Assembly (NCBI GenBank): GCA_030704615.1
Contig: CM060731.1
Coordinates: 84,010,001-84,074,000 of the forward strand
Direction of reading: 5' to 3'
Length of the DNA: 64,000 bases
Source of the DNA: Takakia lepidozioides
Taxonomy: Eukaryota; Plantae; Bryophyta
Numbering within the stretch: the stretch's first letter is position 1; every line of letters begins with the position of its first letter. A model generated the notes under the pieces. That model saw only the letters and a program-made list of their open reading frames with translations, did not search any database and had not been told where the DNA came from. Below are positions 26,601-39,667 of the stretch, piece by piece. Both the position numbers and the translations under genes were made by a program.

Positions 26601-27180
26601 ATTAGCACAAACGCCCCAACCAGCTAGTTGGATGATTTGTGCCACCTACCAACCAAAAACTGGTTGATTGCCTATTCCATCCAAGGATTTTGGATGTCCC
26701 TCCATTTCTTGTTTTATAGTATTCTAGTATGAGTAGGTTAGGACTTGAGCTTGCTCAAGACTTCACTTGTGTTTTTTTGCTTGTTAGTTGCTTGTTAGTT
26801 AGTTGCTTAGAATCTAGCTTGAGAAGCTTGCTTTATGTTTTGTCAACTAGCTTTTGTTTGAAGTCCTAGATTTCCTTTGTTTGTTGCTTGAGCTTAGCCT
26901 AGTTGTTTTAGGCAAGCTTGGAGGAAGCATCTAGTGTGCTAGGGAGACTAGGGGATCCTAGGACCTAGTGTGTAAGGGCCAAGAGCCATTTTTATGTGAA
27001 AATGAGAGCATCTTCCCCCAAACGCAAGAGGTTTTGTCATTTGAGAGTGTGGTGAGCCCTTGAGGTGAGTGAATATTAGGTAGGATCAACAACCCCATAG
27101 GAGAGGTGAACACTACCCCTTCCCTTCAAGTTTTGGTAGCCTACTTAGCCAAGTGACCCCCTTTCTACCGGTATAGTGAC

Positions 27181-29785
27181 ATGGAGAGGTCATGGATCCA
27201 GTCACGGACGATGGAGCTGTTCGAACTGGATTGGTGGAGTTGTCAGCGGGGAGTATGCCTCGCAAAACGTAATGCCAGCTAAAAAGGATTCTATGGCAAT
27301 TGGACAAAAAGAAAGGTGTGTGGGGACTATCGTCCTGTGAATCGTCCGATAGATATGGCCATGCCAACTCCAGAGGAGATCTTTGATGCCATTGGCATGC
27401 CACGGTTTTTGCACATTGGACTTGCGATTCGGTTACCACCATTTGCCAATCAAAGAGGTTGACAAGCAAAGACGACATTCTGGGGGATTGACCAACATGG
27501 GAGGATTGCTTGTACCAATGGCGGTTCCTACCGTTTGGTTGAAAAATGCTCCTGCAAGAGTTTCTGAGGGTTATGGATAGGATTCTCGCGGGGCTAGACT
27601 TTGCCCGGTGTTACATTGATGACATCATCGTCTTTAGTGCTACGGTTGCGGAGCATGAGAGACACCTTCAGGTGGGTTTGAGCGCTTGAGAGCGCATGGG
27701 TTAAATTGCAAACCCTGGGAAGTGCAAGTTCTCCACAACCGATTGAGTATCTGGGCCACATGATATACCCCTGGAGGATTGGGTGTTCAAAAGACAAAGG
27801 TTGAGGCCATTGCACGCATTCCCACGCCCCCGGATGTTAGCAGAGTTCGTGCTTTCATGGGGTTGACAAACTACTATCGACGGTTTGTCCAGGATTTAGC
27901 AGCATTTGCAAAGGCTCTTACCAGTTAACCAAGGTGGGTCAGGAGTGGCAGTGGGAGGAGGAGCATGAAGAAGCCTTTGAGGAACTCAAGGCTCGATTGA
28001 CTTCTGCGCCTATTCGGGGGCGGTCTTTCCAGCTACATACGGATTGGAGTATGCTGGGATTGAGCAGTGCTCACAACAGGTGGATGATGAGGGAAGAGAG
28101 TTCGTGTGGCATATGCCAGCCGCTCGAACAATGATGCCGAGGCGAAGTATAGTTCCTATGAAGGGGAGTGTCTAGCTGCAGTATGGGCAGTGGCACATTT
28201 TAGATACTACCTCTATGGCAAGCTCTTCACCCTTGTCACGGATCACCAACCATTGAAGTGGTTGATGGAGTCAGCAAGCTTACCGGGAAGTTTGCACGGT
28301 GGGCACTTATGCTTCAAGAGTACGACTTCCAGGTGGTGCATCGAGTTGGAATAGTCAACTGGGATGCGGATGGATTGAGTCGCAATCCATGCACAAGTAA
28401 GTGTGACTGCTAAGGAGAGAGATCGGATCCTACAACGAACGAAGAGGTTCAAGTGGGAGGGGACTCACCCTCTCCAAGTATGGGAGGATGGACGAGTGAG
28501 GATTGTGCCTCATCCAACACAACGAGCGCGATTGGTACGCCATGCCCATGAGGAGTTGGGACATTTTGGGGTGCGGCGCACTCGTAGTTTGCTGCAAGGA
28601 CAGTATTGGTGGCGGGGCATGCACACGGATGTGCAACAGTTAGTGGCAAGGTGCATGGTGTGTGATAGAGTGCGGGCTTCTTTCAATGCACCTACTCCAC
28701 AATTGCATCCTTTACCCATTATGGGTTTGGGCTATCGTTGGAGTCTTGACTTCGCAAGCCCATTGCCACTAACGATTCGTCATAATAAGTATGTGCTGGT
28801 GATGGTGGAACATTTCTCCAAATGGATTGAACTGGTGGCATTGCCTGACAAGGCAAGTGAGGGGGCTGCGTATGCATTCTTAGATCGAGTGCTTAGCCAA
28901 TTTGGTGCTCCAGCCGAGGTACTCACGGACCAAGGGAGAGAGTTCTTGGGGGAGTTTCAGGCTTTGTGTGAGCAAGCCTTGATAGATCACCGCACTACTT
29001 CTCGGGATCATCCCGAGGCTGATGGCTTGGCCGAGAGGGTTGTGCAAACAGTCAAGCAAGGCTTGCGCAAGTATGGCTTGCAAAAGGGACACTTGGGAGA
29101 TTGGGACCTTCAGCTACCTTGGTTGGCCATGGGTTACAGGTTTAGCAAGCAAGCATCATTTGCCTTGTTCTTGCCTTATTTCTTTCTTTTTGGCCGAGAG
29201 CCAGATTTGTCTGCATCTATTCGCAGGGAGACTGCAGTAGTCCTAAACCTTGATGATCCGGATGTGTGAACACAAGCATGTGCCCAACGGGCAAAGTTGT
29301 TCAAGAGAGTCATGCCTATGGCTCTTGAGAACCTTGCTATTGCCCAACACCGAGACACATTGAGGTACGCCACTATACGTGGAGGGGGATATCGGCCAGG
29401 TGTTCGGCGTTTCCATCCTGGGGACTATGTGTATCTGCAGCAGACAGCGCCTACGACCTTGGATGTCACAGCAGGTCGTGTGATTCTAGAGGTGTTGCCT
29501 TCAGGAGTGTTGATTCTGGAGGGTCGAGATGGCATGATATGGAAGGACCATGTGCGTAATTGTGCGTCATGTCACCTTCCACATGTGGATGGGAGGATAG
29601 ATCCCAACCTTGTAGTGGTACTTGCAGGGTTGCGTTGTATGCTATGTGGGCATGCTGGTGGTGTCGCGACCATGTTGGTGTGTGACAAATGCTCAAGGGG
29701 GTGGCACATGGGATGCTTGACACCGCCACTTGAGGAGGTTCCTAGTAGAGAATGGTTGTGTCCACGATGCCTTGGACAGAGGTAG
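27181..29785 (+). pseudogene. Ty3/gypsy pol (RT-RNase H-integrase-PHD), family Z
   Basis: CGDYRPVN, LDLRFGYH, CYIDDIIVFS; RH LHTDWS, YASRSNN...YSSYEGE, VTDHQPL; INT HEELGHFG...CMVCD, WSLDF, TDQGREF, DGLAERVV. Confidence 0.93.
29630..29772 (+). other. PHD finger at the integrase C-terminus
   Basis: CMLC...MLVCDKCSRGWHMGCLTPPLEEVPSREWLCPRC, a canonical C4HC3 pattern with the PxxxW motif. Confidence 0.93.
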
Positions 29786-30040
29786 TGGGGCTTGACAGTG
29801 GCGAGGTTGACAAATGATCCAAGGTCTAGCTAACGGGAGTTCGATGTTGGACACCCAATTGAAGCCATGGATTGCAGGAAGGCGAGTAACGATGGGGCTA
29901 CTTTTGCACCCGGCCTCTTGATCTATTGACTTCAGATAGTGGGACTTGGGCGATTGATGACCAAGCGATGATCTTATTGGGATGGATACTTGTCAGCTAT
30001 CTGGTGTTAAAGAAACCTAAGCACCGGCTAGGGGCGCGAT

Positions 30041-30596
30041 TGTGGTATAGCTTTCTAGGATTGTGTGCTTAGATTGTGTGGTGGACAACAATGTATGTTG
30101 TGGCACGATGCTTAGATGCACGACAGCTGTCATGATTTTAGTCATGGTTATTTAGAATTACCTACTTCTAATTAACTAGGACATTTTAGATATTTATATT
30201 TATATTTTGTGTGTTGGGACTTCATTGGGTCTCACATGCCAAGTGAGGTGTCGAGCCTCACTTGGGACATGGGGATAGGTTTTCCCCTTGTGAGGATGGA
30301 GGAGGCTCATCTTCTTGTAGTTGAGCCTCCATGAGCCTTTCCCACCTCCACAGCTCTAGGTATCGAGAGGGAGTGTGGTGAGGGCTTTATAGAGTGGATT
30401 CCTTTAGCAAAGGTGCCATTGGCTTGACTTAGTTTATGTAATTGAGTGGATTCATGAGTGGAGTGTTTCCATTGTGTGTTCACTTCCATTATCGGAAGAC
30501 GGCCTATTCATTGTGGTATAGCTTTCTAGGATTGTGTGCTTAGATTGTGTGGTGGACAGCGATGTATGTTGTGGCACGATGCTTAGGTGCACGACA
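30041..30596 (+). repeat. Pair of 85-bp TG...CA direct repeats (30041-30125, 30512-30596); possible 3' LTR of family Z or a TRIM
   Basis: tgtggtatagctttctagg...gcacgaca twice, 3 mismatches. Confidence 0.6.
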
Positions 30597-30724
30597 TGTT
30601 AAATATATCATATCTATCATCTAAAATTAAATATTTGGATAAATTCCCTCAATTTGAGGTACCTATATAGACTTTCATAGAGGAAAAATCTGCCTCTCAA
30701 AGTCCACCGTACCCTGCAACTGCC

Positions 30725-30990
30725 ATGGATGCTCACCAAGTGTTCAACAAAATGCCTCAACTATCTTTGATCACATGGAATATAATGTTGGCAGGAGTTA
30801 CCAAGCATGGGTGTGGTAGGAATGCTTTGGAGACCCATGAGCAACTGCTGCGTGAAGGGGTGAAGCCCAACCATATCATGTTTTGTGTTTGCAATGCGTG
30901 TGCAAGTTTGGGAGCTCCGGAAAAAAGGAAAGAGGTCCATGGTGACATCGTCAAAGCTGGAATTGTACCAGATGTCATTCTGAACACTGC
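30725..30990 (+). pseudogene. PLS-class pentatricopeptide repeat gene fragment
   Basis: DAHQVFNKMP..LITWNIMLAG..KHG.GRNALE...GVKPN...NACASLGA...KEVHGDIVKAG..PDV; truncated at ~30990. Confidence 0.88.
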
Positions 30991-31914
30991 TGACGAGTCT
31001 CGCCACACGCGCAACAACCGCGGGGAAAAGGAAGGGTAACGTCGATCCGGGGCCTGGAGTCCGGCGACGAGGTGGGTTGGGCTCAAGAACCGCCCACCCG
31101 TGAAGTGTGTCACTAAGCTTGGCGAAGGGTCAGCGGTCGATGGAGGGAACAACCTCCCGCTATCCTAAACTACCAGCAAACGCATGTTTCAACTCCTACG
31201 CTCACGGGGCATAATTCGTTTGTTGTCTCCTACGGAATCTACTCCTAACTAATTGCCTTCCAAGACTTCTTTATTTGCGTTAACACAGCTTCATCCCGGA
31301 GCTATTAGCATCCCCGGCACGTTCTCTCTGCCTGACGGTTTCCGGAGGACCGGCAAAGCGTTAAGGACAAACTGCTTAGGTCTGGGTTACTTCACAATCA
31401 CGCTTCCCCGGATCGCACGTGTGTGCAAAGGGGACGCCTACATTTTTGCTATCCGAAGGAGAGAGCACACCCTAGCCTAGAATAAAAGCTCTTAACCTGG
31501 ACAATATCCCACTTCCTTGCTAATTTTTAGGGCTCCTGGCCATTTCCTAACAATATAATTCAATAGAGAAGATGGGAACAATAATACCCTAGGCAAACTC
31601 TTGAACTTAGGAAATAGAGATAAAAACCCTAGATTTAATTACCCCTATCCATATTTTCTGGTACTTTTCTAAGCAAAAAATCCCTTGAAAATCAATTACT
31701 AAATCTGGAAATTCACTAATTCTAGAAAAATAGGCATTAGGTAGGAATTCATCTAAGCTTTCCAATGACCCATGGCTTGGTCTCTAGATAATTCTCTAAC
31801 CCCCTCTCATTGCCCAAAAACCACTATTGGCCTAATAGGTCCAAACAACCAAGCCCTTAATACACAGCCCCTAGCCTCTAGGTCCTAGGTTCAAACCCCC
31901 CTAGAGTTTCAAAC

Positions 31915-32080
31915 AGCGGATGAAAAACTGTTTTTTTTCATCCACTGGTCATCCACTGTTCATCCCTGCAATGGATGAAAACTGCATTTTTCATCCTACC
32001 TTCATCCACTGTTCATCCAGCCTGCGGATGAAATACTGCTTACCTCATCTGCCCCTCATCCATCCATGGCTAACCATCCA
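31915..32080. repeat. Cluster of CATCC/GGATG motifs with small inverted repeats (MITE-like remnant)
   Basis: ggatgaaaaactg...tttttcatcc twice, plus several catcca units. Confidence 0.45.
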
Positions 32081-33504
32081 CTATTCCACATTCCTCAAAA
32101 AACGCTTCTCACCTATGAATAATATATTTTGTGGTTCCGCTGTTGGTTCCTCCACCTTCCTAAAGTGCATTTTAAGGCTGGGTGCAAACGGAAACGACTC
32201 CCTCTTCCACTCCAAACCCCCTTCTACCCCTCCCAAAAGCTTATCGTCCGCTTTTCGTGAGCAAGGTGTCTCGGTGTGAGCCGAGCGGCCGATTCCCCAT
32301 CTGACCACCTATGACATACCAAAACGAAGGCCCCAAAGACCTCCACCCTTAATTCTAATTTCCACCCCAGCCGGTAAGGAGACCACATAGCAAAGCTCCC
32401 TCAATGGACAAGGACAAGAACCATTCAAAAAGTATTTTCCTACCTAAGATCCCCCTTAAGCTATTATCCGCTGGTCCATCCCAGCCCTTTTACGGTCGTA
32501 GACCCGTGCAGGGCAGCGTGGCAAGGCGCCGTTGGACGAGGCGACAAACCGCTGGTCTCAGCCTTGCGGGTAAAGCGACGGACCGCCGGGTAAAGCCAGG
32601 AAGATCCTAAGTGGCAAGGCCGTCGTACCTGCGTGGCTGCTGTCGAGCAGCTTGGGGCTGGTGGTCAACGCCTCTGCAGCCCGCTTCAAACCAATAGCCA
32701 GCTCCCGGCTATTGCCATGGTATCCCCTTTATTGCGTCTCACTTTTGGGAACCCCATCATGAATCCATGGTCTTTTGCCTTCACCTAAAAAAAACAAGGA
32801 AATAAACCCCAAGCTAACCCCAAAGGGGTAGCCTAACCTTCCCAAGGGTTAGCTATGGTCCTTCATAGCTTAACCAAGCTAGGGAGGCCATATTAGATCT
32901 GATTTTTGATCTGTAAATTAGTTATGCATGAAAAATAAATTTCCAGCGACAAAATAAACTTGAAAAAAACATGCTAGCTCTTCCACCTTGCTCCTCTCCT
33001 ATGGGGGGTGATATGCTTAACAAAGAGACAAATGAATGGCAAGTCTAGAGGGCTTAGTGCACACTAAGCTACATTCATGTGCGCCAAATGAAATGAAATA
33101 AAAAGCAAAAGAAGGCCTAGTGGCCAACAAAAAAGAGAACCCACATCCCACTTAGAGATCCCACTGCATGGTTAGCTCTAGAGCTAGGGGTTAGATCTTT
33201 CCACTCTTAAGCCAAAAGACAAAACATAGATAAAAATGCCTCTTGGCCACTAAGGAGGGTTAGTCTCTCTCTTTCCCAAGCTCCTACTACTCTTTAGGTA
33301 GCTAGGACCAAGCTAAGGTTAGATATAAGCTTCCAACAACAATGGACAAGCAAGAGAACACAAAATGCATCATATATGAACAAGAGCTAAGACTATCTTC
33401 TTGAAAAATTGGCGTGTCACTTGCCAAATCAATACAAATCTCCTGACCCTTCAAACTCCCCAAATCCTTCAAACCGAAGGCAAAGTAATTTCTATAAGCC
33501 CTTA

Positions 33505-36500
33505 GAAATCGCTGGATCCTCCGCCTCTCTCCCCCGGTGAGTGTAGGTCCAACATCTGGTTCCCAGTTCTCCTCAGTGACTGCAACCTTGGGTACACCAG
33601 GCTTGGAAGTAGGAGACGCATCCTTTGGTTGCTAGATAGCAACCTCTTGGGCTTTATCCGCCCACCCTGACCATGGCGTAGCCTCCACTTGCTCCGCCAT
33701 AGCCACCTTGAGAACATCCTCTAGGAAGAAACATTCTCAACCTCTTCAAAAACATTGGCCACCTTGGCCTCCAACTGATCCTCAGTGTATGGCTCTTCCC
33801 ACTCTTCATACTACTGCTTGAGAGATCCAATGACTCTCTCTTTGCGCATCTCATCCCACATCTTCCATGGGTGTTTGCACCCCATGATCCTGTGCTCGCC
33901 CCCACTCACTGTCTCCACCATCCTGGTTGGCAGAGGGGATACAATACCAAATGGGAGTGCAGAAATAGCCACCACTGTCTGCAACCTCCGTTGCTCAATC
34001 ATGCACAAGCCAATGACTCATGTCAAGCAATTTAGATCCATTGCTTGACCCAACACATATCGGCGTGATGCCTCTGACAGAGCTGACACAGTTGTAGTGC
34101 CCGTGGCAAATCCCATTGCCCACTCTCGCTCATCTGCATTGGGCTCCACCAATTGCTGTAGCACACTATCCCAAATCAACCCAGGACCATTGTCTCGAAA
34201 AGCATGAGACGAGGGAAAGCTCATGAGCGTAGGCAAGGCCGCACGTGGCTGCCCCAAACGATTTACCATTGCTAGAGGTGGACGGTCATCATGTCGCACC
34301 CTCTGTGGTTGCCTCCCTTGGTCCAAAATGCCCTCAACTGTGAGATTGGGTGGCCGTTGAATGGAATCATATGCTCTCTTGAGCAGCTCTGGTGGTGCAA
34401 GATTGGTCCACCACAATCGAGGTCGATGCGCTTGTGATCCCACCGCTGTTGCATCCAATAGCACCGCCGATCCAATCCAAGACCGCACCTGATGCACCCT
34501 GGCCATAACCCTGGCCCGATAGTCCCCCATAAGAGGAACATTCTCCAAGATATAGGCTAGAGGTTGCACTTGCCTCGTCTGCAGGTCATGCAACACTCTC
34601 AACATCTCCCAAAACAAATGCGATCGTGCATCATGCAAGCCATTTCCATGACCTGTGAGAGAGTATCATTGGCAAGGCCATCCAGCTATCACCAAGTCAA
34701 TGGCACCATGCCGGTCCAAATCATCCGCCCCAGCAAGGTAATGTCTGTTGGCAAGGCCTTTTGATACCCTTGAATTGCTGAGGATACCGGTGTGTGAGCA
34801 AGGCGATGTGGCGCATAGAAATACGCCGAGCTATCTCATCCTTCTCCACATACAAGTACTTGCGTACTTTAATCTCTGCTTGCAACATTCCTGCAAGCCC
34901 AGTGCTCATGCCTCCAAACATGTCTAGCAAACAAATCCCTGAGTCAAGTGGTTGCCAGGTAATGGGCATTGTGTCCAAAGGAGCTAATTGAGGAGGTCCG
35001 GGTGATGTCACTGAACTCCCCTCACTCACCAATGGATAGGCCTCCTGCCATGCTTGGTGCACACACTCGCCTGCTACTCGATGCAAATTCCCAACTGTAC
35101 CCCACAGTGGAATATGAACAGGCACATGAGGAAGCAAATCAGCCTTGTATGCCAATTGTTTGTCCTCATCAGGTGGTGGCCTATCATCTGCATGGCTATT
35201 GCCCTCCAAGAGCTCACCACCCCAAGCCACCACCCCTGAGAATGCAACCAATGTGGGCATCATCCTATGATCCACCGCTACATTCCCAATAAACCGCACT
35301 GGGAGCAGTGCACGTCGACCATCCCCTGACTGCCATTCCGGCCTGTAGGATGCCGTTTCATCCCAAAAAAGTAAAGCCCATCGGGTATAACACAGCCCCA
35401 CCAACAAGCACATCATAAGACATTGCGTCCATAACAATGGCTTTAGCTCTCATGACAGAGCCATCTGTAGGATGATCTGGCTGTAATCAAATGAATAGCT
35501 CATGGCGTGTAATCCCTCGTGCCTTCTTTGAACCGCCCAAAGATGTTTGAATTTGGAAAGGACAAGGCTCCAAATCCGCCTCTGTAAGGCCCAAGCCTGT
35601 AATTGCTGCTCTCCCCAACATCAATGGTTGTGCTCCCGAGTCCAACAAGACCCGCAGTGGCCTATACCTCCTCCCGGCAACTGAAACACACCATCCTGAT
35701 TGTCCACCAGGACTACCCCAAGAGTCACCATACTACGCTCAATGGCTGGTCTAGCTGGCAACTCCTGCAACCTTGCAGCTGCCGCTTGCCATGGCGCAGC
35801 TGTGGCTGTCTTCACCCTTGAATCCAAGACATCTATGCGCTGCATTTGATCCGCTATCCCCGCAGATAGCGCCGATGCATCACAGGGTCAGGGTCAAGGT
35901 CATGACCAAGGCAAGGTGGATAGACTTGCCCAACTAGAGCAATGTCTTGCTACCATGGCCACTACTCATGTTGCGCCAACTCCAAGGCTTGAGGTTCAAG
36001 CCCCACCTGCACAACCTCCTATGCCTAGGGAAGACCAGATTGGTATGGGCTTCACCTCATGCCCATACTTTCCACAATGCCCACACTGTAGTTGTGTAGG
36101 CTATGCCTGTGCCGGCCATTTGTCTCTCTCCGGGAAATCCTTCTTGACATGGGCTCCTCCACAATCCCAACATGACACACTCGTCTGTTGCTGGCCTGAG
36201 AATGAAGGGAGAGACCTCTGAATCTGAGATCCTCTATGGCCTTCCCTAGGCTTCATCTGAGCTCCCTTGTTGCCTTGAGCACGTTGGGGAGTTGGTTGTT
36301 GTTGGAACTCCACTTTGTTGTGTCTCCTTGCCAAATCCCACCATAACCACCCGCTCCTCCACCATATTGAGTTCTATCCGCTCTGCCAGCAAAAACACAT
36401 TTGCTAAGGTGGGTTGGGCTACTTGTAGGAGAGTTGCATCCCGCACCCTTCTCCTCAGTTCCTTGTCCAGGATTCCATACCAGAACTGGTGTGTCTGAGC

Positions 36501-37270
36501 TTCTGTAACCCCTTGGGTTACGTTTATCAAGCGTCTCATACGAGTGTAAGCCTCCCTCAAACTCTCAGTAGGCCTTTGTTGGAACTCTTGCAAGCTCCAC
36601 AACTTCTCTGTCCTTATCCCTTGGTAGTTTCTCCTCAACTCCTCGAAGAACTCCACAACTGGGTTAAAGGCAGGCACAGGTGCTAGTGCTGCAGCAGAAG
36701 CTTGAGTGGATTTCCCAGCTCCTGTACCACTTGTCCCACTACTAGTGCTTGCAGTTGGAGATGTTTTGTGTAGCTGCTGGTGTCGCCGCTGCCCTTGTGC
36801 CTCTAGTGATAGAGACATAGTTAGGTGACCAATACTCTTGCCACTCCTCAATCTCCACCGCATGTCCCCGCCTAAATTCATGGTAATCATCCATGGGCAG
36901 CCCCTCAAGGTGCTGGAATAGCCCCTTCCACGCCATAAAGGGCGTAAATAGTTGTGGATTGCACATTTGCTGCAAATCACACCAACGTGTCCCACAACAA
37001 TGGCACGGAAATGGCTTGCACCCTCGGCGAGAATCCTCCTGACTCCGAGTCTGAATCTTCCTCAGAAGACACTGAAGGTGAAGGTGACCTAAACCGCACA
37101 CCTTGTCTTGTGTACCCACTAGTATCGCTAGTGCTCGTACCGGCACTCCCCTCAGCAACTGGTGGCACCTCCGTGATGAGAACTCACAACCCAACCGGTT
37201 GTCAACCTGTCTCTAATCCTCACTTTCTACAAGGTAACCGGGTAGAGAACCTGTTGCGGCCTATGGGTTA
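33505..37270 (-). mobile_element. Ty3/gypsy 5' half: gag, zinc knuckles, aspartic protease, DNMT3-like methyltransferase, linker
   Basis: Gag (FQQRPTESLREAYTRMRRL...FWYGILDKELRRRV), degenerate knuckles CWDCGGAH and CGHCGKYGH (~36060-36180), protease RVLLDSGAQP (35631-35648), then C5-MTase motifs. Confidence 0.88.
34018..34960 (-). pseudogene. DNMT3-like C5-cytosine DNA methyltransferase domain embedded in a retrotransposon polyprotein
   Basis: Motif I LLDMFGG, II YVEKD, IV DLVIAGWPCQ (PC at 34677-34672), VI ILENV, VIII AHRPRLWWTNL, IX EREWAMGF, X RRYVLGQAM; one frameshift and one stop (34668-34666). Confidence 0.92.
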
Positions 37271-39235
37271 GACTAGTATTACATTCGTAACATAAACCTA
37301 CACCTGCACCTGCATCCACCGCAAGCACTCATATGGTCTGCTGGTCATCAACCCAGCCTCACCATAAGAGAAACAATGATGGTCTGACTGGTCATCACCC
37401 CAGCCTCACCACCAACATCACGCTCTAGGATTGGCCGGTGATCAAATCTGGACCAACCTCCTATGAAAACAAGCGCCCACACAAAACTGACATGGCGCAC
37501 AGTCAAGCATGCAGGTGTGGGGGGGATCCAAACACAAGAAAATCAAGACAGTAACTCCCCCACACCAAAAAAAACACTCCACAGTGTCGCTCCTGCAAGG
37601 ACACCCCAGCCCAAACCCGGACTGACTCTTGCCTCCACCTATGGAAAGGTTTTGGCCTACATAGAGGGTGGAAGACTACGGGGAAGAGAAACTAAAGCAA
37701 TTCCTAATCCCAGAATGCTCTCATCCCACTAGTTTCCCCCTATCTCTAAACGCTCTTGCTCATGACCAACAGACAGAACTACATTCCAGGGTCTCTCAAA
37801 TAACTCTCCAAGAGCCCTCAAGATGTCTCTCAAACAATCTCACTAAAGCTTGCACAATTGGACTCCAAATAGTCCACCAAGGCCCCAAGAGCCTGCCAAA
37901 TCTTGGCCCTCAAGGACCCCAAATAGTCCTTCAGACAAGTCGCCAAAGACTCCTTAAGCTCGCCAAATATTAGCCTCCAAGGACCCCAAAATAGTCCTCC
38001 AAATAGCCCTCCAAAGGCTCCAAATGTTTGCCAAATATTGGTCTTCAAGGACCTCCAAACACCCCTTCAAGAGCTCTTCAAGTGTCTTACAAAAGCTCCT
38101 CAAAGGACCCCCCAAAGATCCTCCAAAGGCAATACTCCTCCAGAAGCAATACTCCTCCAGATACACCGTAGATGTCATACTCTTTTAATGAAAACGTATG
38201 AAATGCGAAATCTCTACACTTGTATCCATACACTGTTCACAAAAACGTATTTTAGGCAGTGGGGGCCCATACACTGTTCACAAAAGTGTATGTTGGGCAG
38301 AGGGAGCCCATACACAGTTTCTTGAAGAGTATGGAGACTAGGGTTTGTAGAGTAGTAAGAAACACCTTCTTCATGGTATCTTCCCCCCTAACATGCATGC
38401 AAGATTGCATTATCTTACCTTGCAATGCATTCATCCCAAATTGACAAGTTCCTCTTGATCTCCTTGGAACTCATAGCAAGCTAATGTGCCCAATGACAAG
38501 CGTCAAGCCTTGCTTCAATTTGAATTTTGTATGCCATCTTCCATGTGCTTTCCCTTGCATGGGCTAGTCACACACACTTCCACCTCTTGACCTAGGTGTT
38601 GTCTTCATTCACCATAATGTGTGTCCACACCTCTATTCAAGGGCTCATCTTCTCAAACTTGAAGTCACAAGCCCTAAAGAGCATGCTCCACATAAGCATC
38701 ACTTGCTTGATCAACCATCCACCACAAAACTTAAGCAAAAAGGGAATGAATACAATAGCTTCACCTTCCCTTTCCTTGTCTTGTCACATGCTAATGTATG
38801 GTTGAAGTTGCTATGCATCCCTTGAGCCACAATCTCCTTTCTTCATGAAGACCACCTCCAATGATCTCCCACACGTGCTCTAAGCTCTTCAATACTCTAG
38901 GCTTGGTTTCACATCATCATGGATAGAATTCTCACCCACATGCTTCCATTTGGAGTCATCTTGAGTTTCTTGATGCTCTCCAAGTGGTTGCTTTGTTGTC
39001 TTCAAGCCCTAGCCTATGTAGCTCCTTGGCTTTTCTTCCACAACATGCACCACCTCATACACAAGAAATGAACTTGCTCACTTCACCTTCTAGCTCTCCT
39101 CAAGCTTGAATTGGAAGCCACACTTGGAAAGCATGCTCCACACGTACGCCACTTGCTTGGTCAACCACTTGCTTCACCAAGAGCAATCCAAGAACTCATA
39201 GAACTAGCAAAAGTACTCCCTTCTAGAGTCTTAGC

Positions 39236-39557
39236 TCTACTGTGCTAATTGTGCAAACAAATCTTTAGCCCTGTGCCTTCTGATTACAAGTCACGTTGTC
39301 AATGGGACTTCGACTGCTCTGAGAACTAGCTCATGAGTCATCGGGCTCCTCCAGGTAAACTGGATTGCAGCCGTTGTACCGCCCCTGTTGATGTTCACCA
39401 CAATGTCCTGCCCTTCAATCATACCACCATCGAATATGGAAAGCTTCACGTTTTCGTCGTCCACACCAATGCGAATGTCCCCATACAATGGAGAAGAGGA
39501 GCGCACTCCTTCAGGAATATACGTCTCTCCGATGGAGTCCACCCACGTCCACTGGCA
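39236..39557 (-). pseudogene. Third, truncated copy of the cargo ORF-B 3' end
   Basis: Direct copy of ~43366-43687. Confidence 0.9.
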
Positions 39558-39667
39558 TTTAAATTCTATTCCAAAGTATATAAAGGAAATTATCCCCGTC
39601 CTTCATGTCCCCTCTCCCATTTGCCTCTCAACGACAACATCGTCCAAACCTGGTCCCTCCCAAAATC

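Noticed and set aside
23700-27180. LTRs or genes in this interval (also 30991-33500 and 37300-39235)
   Set aside because: TE-like composition and TG/CA-like edges (e.g. ...GTGACA at 27180), but no partner repeat, PBS or domain identified in the window
30725-31039. Functional PPR gene
   Set aside because: Only about 2.5 degenerate motifs, fused to unrelated sequence after ~30990
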